Assembly: GCA_044892525.1 (NCBI GenBank)
Contig: CM097885.1
Span: forward strand, 45,696,001 to 45,760,000
Origin: Schmidtea polychroa
Lineage: Eukaryota
Reading direction: 5' to 3'
Length of the DNA stretch: 64,000 bases
The notes beneath the pieces are model-generated. The model worked only from the letters and a program-made list of their open reading frames with translations, was not told the origin of the DNA and ran no database searches. Both the position numbers and the translations under genes were made by a program. This document shows positions 53,412 through 64,000 of this stretch, piece after piece; within the stretch, counting starts at the first letter, position 1; every line of letters begins with the position of its first letter.

Positions 53412-56400
53412 TAATAAAAATACAATGTTGATTTGTTTAATAATACTCTTGCGACATGTTGAATGTGACCAGTACCCTTGTGAGCAATACCCATAGGAGG
53501 ACAGAATATCTTGTCGGATAAATTCAGACTATATATATATATATATATATATATAATAATCCCTGTGTTTCAAAGACCTTTATTTTCAAATAATAATATC
53601 TCTTGTCAAGAACTCTTGAATTTCAAATTTAAAAAAAAAATGAACTTTACATTAAAAATTTTGACCTTGAAAAGAATTTTAAAAATTTCCCCTAGGGGGG
53701 GGGGTGGGGGGGGGGGTATGTGATCCAGCGGAGTCCTGATCCAGATGGCCCCCATCCATCTACTACTGACCACACAATTTAAAGTAAATTTTGCGTTGTT
53801 GAATTTTTTATGAATCCATAAAAATATTTCACTATATTGTAATGTACAAAAAGTCGCTATTTCAGATTAAATTGCGAAATGGTATGAATAAATGTGTTTC
53901 CTAATTAAGTTACAGTTTGTAAATTTTAGTAAATATAATATACATTTATTTGCAAATCAGAAAATACTAAACTTGAAAATGTATTTTAGTTCACAATTAT
54001 AATAAAGTGAGTTTAATAGGTATTTTTAATTTTTGTTTCAAAATTTTGTTATATTTTTATAATATAATTTGACAAAATTCAGTTGAAAGATGTTAAAATA
54101 TGTAGATGGACTTCGGTTTGTTGTTGGTGTATTTAATATATGATATATATTATATATCCATAGATATTATTTTTAAGTATGATAAATTATACTTCAATGT
54201 ATTTAAAATAAATTAAAAGTTTGTTAGTTCTCTCAATATTTACAAATTACAACATCTTCATGAACTAAATAATACGGCCAAAAACAATAACTTCGAGTAA
54301 TTTACTTAATGGATATTTATTTGAAATAAATGACTTAAATATTTCCTTGGAGAATATAGTCCATGTATTCTAACAAGAATTTAAAAGATGAAAAGACTCA
54401 AAAATTAAGGATAATTGTACTGCTAATATTTTAACAACCTTTTTGATGAAGGTCATTTTCTTTCATAAAATGTAAAATGATAAAATTATTTTGAAATAAT
54501 GGCTATCTTTTAGTTTTTATCATAAATTGATAATGTATCAAATGAATAGATTGTATAAAAATGAAAATAATAAAAGTGTCGGTGGAAAAGATGAAACAAT
54601 AATTATCAAATCTGGTGAGGATTCCAGTTAAATCACTGCAGATAAAACACATATACAACTTCAAAAGTATGATTTTTTGCATTTGTAATTGTATAATAAA
54701 ATTTTTATAAAATAAATAAAGAAATGTAAATAATTGCCGATATGAATAATGTACAAATCATCTACATATCGGCAACAACTGTAAAACACTTTCAGTATTT
54801 CTGACCAATGAGGGACCTTAGCGATGAAAAAAATAAATATCCTCTACTTTATTAAATTATGGCATCCTGAAAAGTTCAAAATTTATAAATAACATATTAT
54901 TTCATAAATTATTTTAACAAACAAAACAAATGTTCTGAATTAAATTTTGTAAGTTATACAATTCGGAATCCTTGAAACGCTCCTTAATGGGCGGAAATTA
55001 CATTAATCTTCATTTTATATTGATGAAATATTTTATCACAAATCACTGGCAAATCATTTAATTAGAAAAGAAATTAACAAAAAGATGAAATTATTGTTTC
55101 TTCATTAATAACATACTACAAGCCAATTAATTTTATTAATTAATATTATTACAATTATTATTAAAATTAAAATTAGTATTAATATATATATATATATATA
55201 TATATTTTTTATTTTTGTCAACAAATATAAGATGAATAATTTAATAAATAATTTGGAAAAATATTTAGTTTGAAGCACGATCATATTTTCAAAGACGTAT
55301 CAATCTATGTTTTCTAATATTTAAAGAAATCCTTCAGAGTGTAAGAAATAATTTAAAATATTATTAATAATGTTAGTAATATATTATTAATAATCTTCTT
55401 AAATTGAGGTTATGGATTTTTTATTTCATTCAAAATAAAGATTCATAAAGTTTCATAAATAATAATTATATAAGGTGGCTCTATCAGTCAGTATAAGAAA
55501 TCAGAAACAAAGTCAATTCCATCTTTTAAGCAATTTTAAAAATCAAAATATTCCATGAAAAAATATACTTTCTAACTTTCAGTTTTTAAATAATTTTACA
55601 ACAAACAAATATTATTTTAAATATTTATAAAATACATTTTAAAAATATTTTGAAAAGATGACATTATTTAACATTATCAACATCAAATAATTGCATATAA
55701 TTACGTTTTGATGTAATTGTTATTGGTATATTTGATTTCTCTGTTCCCTATATTATGCTATGTTAACAATTATAATTAATGTGTATGAATGCATATATAT
55801 CAGAATGATTAATTTTGACTGTCTGTGTTCTCAGATTATGTCGGTATTTATTATTTATTCCAATAATTGGTGTGCTTGTAGACACAAATGTATAAAGTTT
55901 ACTTTTCATGGATATAAAATTTACGTATTTACACTATTAATTTTTTATCGCATACCTAAAGAGATCTAATGAGATATATTAATGAAGAATTTTATATATT
56001 TCTTCCATTTCAATAAATAATAAAGATTTGACATTCCCAACTATTAATATATATTAAATTATTGGTTTCGGTAAAATAATAATTTTTCATATTCCAGTAG
56101 AAATCTTTTTAAGTAAATTAAAATATTGATAAAAACTGATCTGAAGCCTCAAGTTTATGATAAATCAACAGCAGGTTGAGTTTATTTTTCAAACATTTCC
56201 TTCTAAATTAAAAAAAAACCAAATATTTGCTTAATTTTTCAAGAAATTAAAATTTCCCCTTAACTCAAAATTAATTTAATTAATTCAGATTTTTATATTA
56301 TTAAATTAATTTCATTGTATTTGACGGCAAATTAAGTTTGGATTAGAATGAATTAGAAAAAAATAAATCTATTGTAAATTTTGTCAGCAAAATTTATGAA

Positions 56401-56488
56401 TTTCCTATTTTTTACTTTTTTGAAAATTTATTTATGAACTTACTTTATGTAAATTTCGAGAAATGATTAATAAAATTAAAGTAATAAC

Positions 56489-56633
<145 letters not shown>

Positions 56634-57042
56634 TTAATTATAATAGTAATAGAAAAAGATTATTTCTTGGTAGCAATATAAATTAAATGTTAAGGAAATA
56701 ATAAATTAAAATTGAACATTATTATAAAAATTTGGTCAGTCATCAAATTTATTATGGTGTTTATTGTTAAACAGTTTAAATATTTGCGAAATTCTATTTG
56801 TTTAATTAAAAAAATCGGAAATACTCTATGCAATACATTGCAAAGAAATAATGTTCAAAAAATGTTTTCAATATCATTTAGATTATTTCCACATTTTACT
56901 TTTCACAAATTGTTAATAAATATACATTCTATTGACGAAAAATAAGAAAACTGTTTCAAGTTCATTTTTGTTACTTTAGAAGCTCTTTCATTATAGGTTT
57001 TTCATCGTATTTAAATTGTAAAATAAAATATATAACAAACTA

Positions 57043-57892
57043 TAGGTTGGTACATGAATTCGTCCTGATTTTAGTATGAATAAATTTACATTAAATATAT
57101 AATAACATGTGATAACTTTGCTGTTGTTCATCTAAATCAGTTTTAATTATTAACTGCCTAAAAAGTCGTGTTTTTCAAAAATTACAAACAAATTAAATGT
57201 CGAAACAAAAGAGCATTTACGTCACCTTATGTTGTTTTTCTTCCCGAAAAGAAAAAGTGCTGCCCAAGTAAAAAAAAGAAATCTGTGATGTGCATGGTGA
57301 TGCTACCTTTGATGATTCCACGTGTCGTAAGTCATTTCGACTTTTTAATCAAATGAAGTTTGATCCCACCGATGCAACACGTATAAGAGACCGGTTGACA
57401 ATCCGGTCAAGGAAATAATGGTGCTAATCAAAGTTGACCAACATAAGACAACTCGAGAGATGAATGAAATAATTGGAATAAATCATTCTACAAGTTCCAG
57501 GCTTTTGTGCAAATTGGTATGGTCAGCAAGGTCGATGTATGAATACCGCATGGTATAACGAGCTTGCACCCGAAGACAGTAATGTTCCGCATTTGGTGGA
57601 ACTGGAAAAGAATAATTTTGTATGAAGTCTTATCTGGAAATGACTCCGTAAATTCAGATAAATATTGCTCCCAACTAAATCAACTGAAGCTGTCATTGAA
57701 TCGAAGCGACATGCATTAGTCACTTCTTCAGTCAGAAATCCCAGAGCTTCTATGAGTTCGGGATTATGCAACTGTCGGAGAGATGGTGAAACTGAATGGA
57801 AAATACTTTACTGATGAAATGTTATTTTTGATAAAAAAATTTATTAGTTTAATTTTGTTTTAAAAACCAGGACGAATTTATGCACTAAAATA
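57043..57892 (+). mobile_element. Internally deleted mariner element
   Basis: Imperfect TIRs TAGGTTGGTACATGAATTCGTCCTGATTTT / AAAAACCAGGACGAATTTATGCACTAAAATA. N-terminal HTH remnants EHLRHLMLFF, ICDVHGD, TTREMNEIIGINHST. Confidence 0.8.
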
Positions 57893-57995
57893 ATAAATAA
57901 TTACTTTATTTTTATGACAAATTCATTATTCGTACGTTATTTTTCGCGTCATTAGCAAAGCTTAAAGTAAAATGTATATTAAAATAATATATATA

Positions 57996-58179
57996 CCGTA
58001 TATACTCGCGTATAAGTCGAGAAATTTACGTCAAATTTTCAAGTCAAACTAGCCACTTCGACTTATGCTCGGGTCAAAAAACGTACAAATTAACTTTTAA
58101 TGAAATCATTAAACCTTTATTTTATTTTTGGTTAAAAAACCTCTTAAAATTTAGTCGACTTATACGGGAGTATATACGG
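57996..58179. mobile_element. Tc1/pogo-type MITE, 184 bp
   Basis: TIRs CCGTATATACTCGCGTATAAGTCGA / TCGACTTATACGGGAGTATATACGG, flanked by TA. Confidence 0.9.
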
Positions 58180-59839
58180 TATATATATATATATATATAT
58201 ATAAGTGATAATATTAAATATTTTATTAGTTCAAAGGTCATTATTATATCGGAACTATATTTTACTTGTAAAGCGAATTTTCAACACAATTTTCTGTAAT
58301 TATTAGAAAAAGGTTTCCACCATAGATTAGGCATGTTAGATAAGGAATGTGATGTTCCAGATAAACAACTTGCATGTTTCAGTAATATGTATGGAAATTA
58401 AAATATTAAAATAATTACATTATATTTTCATAGTAAGTTGTCTATTTAAACAATCAATATTTATCATTAATTTTCAAATGTTAAATGAAATAATTTTCTT
58501 TATTTAATGATATTCAATGGAAAATTTTTAAACTGAAAAACGAAAAATTTTCTCATAACTCACTTTCTGAAAATCATTCAAATAAAGATTGATTTTGTAT
58601 TGATCTTCTCCGAAATTATCGTTTGATGTTTCGGTTTATTATTAATTTGTATACGTTTACAGAATTTACTAAATTCAAATTCTATCAAAATAAAATATTT
58701 TATTTTCAATTTAATAAAAAATCCATTAAAAATGATTAGCATAATATGAGACCGCTAGGACAAAAATCTGACATCTGGACCATCCTTAAAGGTCTTCTTT
58801 ATTTGACTGCGATATTTTTAATTTTATTTCATTATTTATTTATTAATTAATTACTCTTAAAATTAATTTTTTAATTAATTTTTAATTTTTAACTTTACAA
58901 ATTATTTGCTTATTTTATTTTTGTATATATTTTTAACAATTAAAGTTAATAGTAATTTTTTATAATTTAGTGCAATTTAATTGCATTTTTAGTGTGAATA
59001 CAGATTTTTGTAATTAATAGATGTTAATAGATGATTGCGTTATGTTTGCACTAAATGAATAAATGAAGTCAATAATTAAAAATAAATAAGAATAATTAAA
59101 TACAAATTAATATTAAAATAGTTGTTAATAAAAAACAAATAAGTAAACAAATTTTAATTGCAAACATTCTAAGGAAACATTTTAACGGACATTTTGGGCA
59201 TGTTTCTAAGTAGGCTCGCATCACTCTATTAAAATGATTATAATGGAATTAAATTAACGCGTTCCGGCGGAAATTATTTTGTTAAAAATTCAATGATTGG
59301 ATCATTTTTATTATTTTTAGTTATCTAATTGAGAAATTCAATTTTTTTCTTAAAAAAATTAATTACTTCAATGAAAAAAATCATTTGAACATATTTAGGA
59401 ACCCATTACAAAAATATCACTAAGTGCTTCGAGTATTGCATAATAAAATTCATTGCCCAATATTGAAAAATGACACAAGAAATGATGAATATGTAATTGT
59501 TATAGAATTGTTTGATGTTTCATTTCCCGAGTTAGTACAGCGTTTTAAATTTAATATGATTTTTCTTGTATTATTTATTACCTCCTTATTATTACCTCCT
59601 AAACTTCAATTGCCTTTATTGAAGGGATCGATCGTGACATTTTATACGTTTTGTGATATTATACGGTTTCAACCTTAATCTTTTTTTGTTATTCAAGGAA
59701 ACTAATAATTCTTATTTAAATACATGCTAAATTATTTCTAATAAATTATATTTTTAAATTTCCTAAATATTTTTTTTAAATTTGAAACAACAATTCTCTT
59801 TTCTTTTACTTGCACTTTTAAATAAATATTTATCTCACA

Positions 59840-60580
59840 TATGAGGCTGGTCTAAAAGGTTCAGTGTGTAACAATGGAAATCAAACGTATAACGTCTAAA
59901 TATTTTTTATAAAAGTTATCTTCTTTAAGACCGATAATCAGTAAATCTCCAATGCCATTATTTCGTTCAAATATTAATTCCTCGTAAGGTCAGAAAAATA
60001 CATCTAAGTAGCAGTAATTAGTTCTTGATTCGTAGAAAAACGCTGACTAGCAAGAAAGAGTTTTAATTTTTGACAGAGATTGCAGTCATTAGTAGCAAAA
60101 TCTAAACAATAAGGTGACTACTCTAACCTTTTTGATACATATCTTTTAATTTTAAGAAAATGAATTTTTTCTTCTCACAAAACTCTTATCAATCGTGATT
60201 AATAGATTGAAGTAATATTCTTCGGTTACTATTTTACTCTGTTCAAGAAAATCAATAAACAAAATTCCTTTAGCACCCCGAAACTCATATGCCATTACCT
60301 TCATTGACCTTCGTCCTTTGGCGCTGAATAAGCTATCCATATCCACTAGTTTGATTGCTGTTTGGATTCTGTTATATCATGATGAAGTCTCAACTATAGT
60401 AAAAGAACATTGCAAAGAATCAATTTTTCTTTGTAAAGACATACCAAGCGCTTTTCAGAAATTTCTTTTCATAATTTTTCATCAAGTAATTTCATATGCA
60501 ATTCTTCATACAAAATATAACCTATGTGTTTATTTGAAATGTCAATAGTTTCAGCAATTTTACCCATTTTTACTTATCGA
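59840..60580 (-). mobile_element. Degenerate mariner transposase, 3' part
   Basis: KVMA...KGILFIDFLEQSKIVTEEYY and PYCLDFATND..LKLFLASQRF (a YSPDLAPxD-like motif). TIR-like TATGAGGCTGGTCTAAAAGGTTC at about 59840. Confidence 0.8.
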
Positions 60581-62179
60581 AGTAGATGTATTCAGGCACA
60601 ATCATTTAATTATTCATTTGTCCAATTAATTTAGATAATTAGTTTCAAGTAAGAAATATTATTTTCGTGCTTATTTTATTTTTTTATTTATTTTTTCCGA
60701 AAAATTAGTATCCGGTTTATCTAAAATTAGCTCAGCTTTTTATTTAAATTAAATAAATTAAATAATTACTATTTAAAGATTTGATCAAATTGAAATATTC
60801 TTGTTATAATTTTTGTTCTTGGTAGGATAAATTAAATGTAAATGTAAAACAAAAAAGCAAATAATAATAATAATAATAATAATAATATATAAAATTATAT
60901 TAAATAAAATATTAATTATAATAAATAAGGAAAAAAAGTAATAATAATAATAAATTATTAATTAATATAATAATATTAATTATAATTAAAAATTTATTAA
61001 GATATAAACCGAAGAAAATAAAAATATAATTAAATAGCATAAGTAATTAAAATAATTAATTAATAAATTATAATAAAATAACTAAATAAAAGTAATTAAA
61101 TTAAAATAAAATAATAATAAACATATAATAAAATAATTAATTAATAAATGTAATAAATTTAAAATTAACAAAAGTATTAATTAAAATCAAATAATAATAA
61201 AAATATAATAAAAAGTAATAAATTAAATAGATAGAAGTAATTAAATTAAATTAAAAAAAAAGATTCGATTGGTCTATATTTGATCTTGATATTCCATGAC
61301 CTTGAACTTGAAAGTGAGCTGGAGTCCTCATTATATACTACTTTTTTCGGAAATAATTTTAATCAATCACTCTTTGGTGGTATCCATATTTCAATACCAC
61401 CCTTATTTGGTCAGATTTCAATGATGGAACAATTTGGAATAAGTTTCTACCCATCTTATCTTATTATTATTATTATTACCTTATTCTGAAGGTTCCGGAG
61501 AATTTAAGCATGTTCACTTATAAGCCTCCAACTCACAATTGGTCTATGTTCAGAACTCATGTTTCAATTTTCATGTAATGGGTGAAATGTCACATACATT
61601 ACAGAGACTGCTCATCATCTCTGCACTCGAGATCTTGAGCATTGCCGACGAAATGGACTGACCCACATTAGTGATCATTTTATTAATTGTGCCAGTAAAA
61701 AGTAAGTATTTCTGATTATAAAATCTTGTCAAAGAGTTTAAGTAATTAATGGGAACGATTAACGTGCGAGGCGTTGCTAATTAGATCTTTAAATCCTATA
61801 ATTAATATTCAAAGTATCCAGTCTACATGGATTTTGAAAGTATTTAATTAATTTAACTTGTATATTTATTATTTGGTATAATTTATTGTTTGTCAAAATT
61901 TTTTTATGAAAACTATTTTTAATTTTTAAATTTAAATTAATTTTTATTTTTTAAAAAAATGTTTTGTATGAGAATGTTAACAATTTTGTGCGTTTTTTTA
62001 TAACTAAAATAATTTTTATATGATTGAAAAAATTTTATTAAATTATTATTTGTTAATTTGTTTGAATATTATTATTTTTATTGAGTTGTTATTAATACGA
62101 TTCCTAGCTTGATGAAGACTGTTAAACTGCAGAAATATATAACAATGTTAGATTATAATATACTTAGTTGGTAATTTTC

Positions 62180-62333
<154 letters not shown>

Positions 62334-64000
62334 TTCTAATAATTAAAATATTATTTTTTAAATAAATAAATTTCAACTATAAGTACTATAAGTTTATTAT
62401 TTCTCAATTCGTATATATTTAAAATAATGAAAATATTTAGATAAACTTCAAAAATAACTGATAATTTATATATGTTCATTGATTGCGAACAAAAGAACAT
62501 TGTATAATCTGCTTAACATTGAGACAAGATTCAAAGAAAAGTAGTTATGTACACATTGTTTTAAAAAAGTAAATAATTCAAACAAATGTTTTCATAAAAT
62601 TACTAAAAAAATTTCTTTAAATAATTTAAATTTTATATTGATAATATATTAAGGAAAATTAAAATTTATTAAATTAATTAAACAACTACAACATCTTTGT
62701 GTAATTTATTGATTAATATGGTAGAAAAGTGGATTTATTTTATATTTTATTTCATATTTAGCATTTATTTAATGTTATAAATGAAAAATAATAATCAATA
62801 AGTATTAATTGTCACTGGAATAATTAGTGTCAGAAATAATTTTGTTAATATTTCATTATAGGCAGACGTTTATTAATAAAACAAAAATAACGCGAAGGTT
62901 GCTTGTCAGTAGGTATCAGGCTATCATGGTAATTAGATACATTCTTCTAAGTATGTCTTATTTATGAATATTTGCATAGGGTATCATTTTTTTGATCTCA
63001 ACCTCATGTGTTAATGTCTATAATATTCATTGGTCTTCCTTAAAAGTTTGATGAGGCACTCTTTCTCCGTTTTTTGTCAATTTGGCTTTAAAACTTGATT
63101 TCTTATAAGATAATTGTATATTTTGACCCAAATTCCAAGCAACTCTACTAGCTCTTTCTGTAATTCATTATGGTTTTTCCATGGTGAAAATGTTTAAGTA
63201 TATGTGCCAATGATTCATTGAAGAATGTGCATTTTCTACATTTTCTTTATGCCAATCTACCTCTTTGATTGGGTCGTTGTATGTTAAGGTCGAGATTATT
63301 AAATTTTGTTTTGACAATAAGAGCTACTTTGAGTTATTCAAGTTTTAAAACATTTTCCATTCCATATGTTTGGAGTAGTTTATGGATGTGTTCCTTGAGT
63401 GTTGATGTCTAGAAATTTGAAACCAAAGTTTTATAAAGAAATTCGGGTGAATTAAATTTTACAACAAAATTGGAATATTAGAAAACAAAATTTACTACCA
63501 AAAATATCACATAGATAGAAACTCATTTTTAGAGGAAAGGAATGTTTAGAATATATATTAAAAATGATTTAATCAATAATTTTTATATTAATATTTGTAA
63601 GACTGTAGATCAAAACAATATAAACAATATAATGAGCACAGCATTTATCAAGTGTGGCAATAAAAAATATCAAAATAAAAGTCAAAGGTGAAACCGAAAT
63701 GATAAATAAGATAGTTTAATAAATATAATGGCAATAGAAAATCAAAAGTAATCAGGAGTGGAATTCAAAAGAAATTCTTTAAATATTAAAAAATTAGTTT
63801 TGTATATTTCCATTATAATATCATATTAGAATACCATATCTTTCATTGAACAACAACCGTAATAATCTTATAAATTGAAAGAGGCATGTGGTGGTTTTAT
63901 TTTATTTCGAGGGGTTATTTATTATTTATTGAAACCATTTAAAATTATTATAAGAGATCATTTAAAAAAAATAGAGACCATTTAGTAATACCCTGATTAA

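Larger units (their letters stand above)
41606..53767. mobile_element. Palindromic Polinton/Maverick-derived element (pPolB-only, about 12.16 kb)
   Basis: 5'-AGTAGATGG...CCATCTACTACT-3' termini, 6-bp TSD GACCAC (41600-41605 and 53768-53773), and inverted arms 41606-47184 and 48173-53767 each encoding a pPolB. Confidence 0.95.
48173..53767 (+). repeat. Right arm of the giant inverted repeat
   Basis: Begins abruptly at ATGTCATTGAGGAC, inside exon 3 of the acidic gene. Confidence 0.97.

Noticed and set aside
41606..53767. Palindrome as a pure assembly or chimeric-read artefact
   Set aside because: Disfavoured, though not excluded without reads. The flanks are unique with a matching TSD, the spacer is unique, and the arms have their own substitutions and indel.
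61270..61760. GC-richer segment with possible coding remnants (similar segments at 8640-9280, 16080-16440, 62860-63440)
   Set aside because: Probably decayed mobile-element sequence, but I could not assign any motif with confidence.
63165..63200. WFFHGE as exon 2 of the neuroligin-like gene
   Set aside because: A stop follows almost immediately, and there is no good acceptor or PVxV context.

Overview
Very AT-rich eukaryotic DNA with many (AAT)n microsatellites and short introns of about 42-44 nt. This resembles a flatworm or other invertebrate genome, but the taxon is only an inference. I can support one host exon: the first coding exon of a neuroligin/carboxylesterase-family gene (30013-30454), followed by an apparently very long intron. 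The rest is mostly decayed transposons: Penelope-like, hAT, BEL/Pao, MULE, Tc1/mariner including a DD39D copy, MITEs and hammerhead-ribozyme motifs. The main feature is a 12.16-kb Polinton/Maverick-derived element (41606-53767) that is almost entirely one palindrome, with two ~5.6-kb inverted arms around a 988-bp spacer. It has AGT...ACT ends and a 6-bp target-site duplication (GACCAC). Each arm carries a protein-primed PolB gene with the same disabling mutations, and I see no integrase, ATPase or capsid gene. The topology matches an integrated copy-back (snap-back) defective genome, which could yield a long dsRNA hairpin if transcribed within the host intron. The element also holds a 4-exon gene for a small acidic protein that the ORF track misses. 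Remains of an older, diverged relative lie at about 130-600 and 9576-11442.
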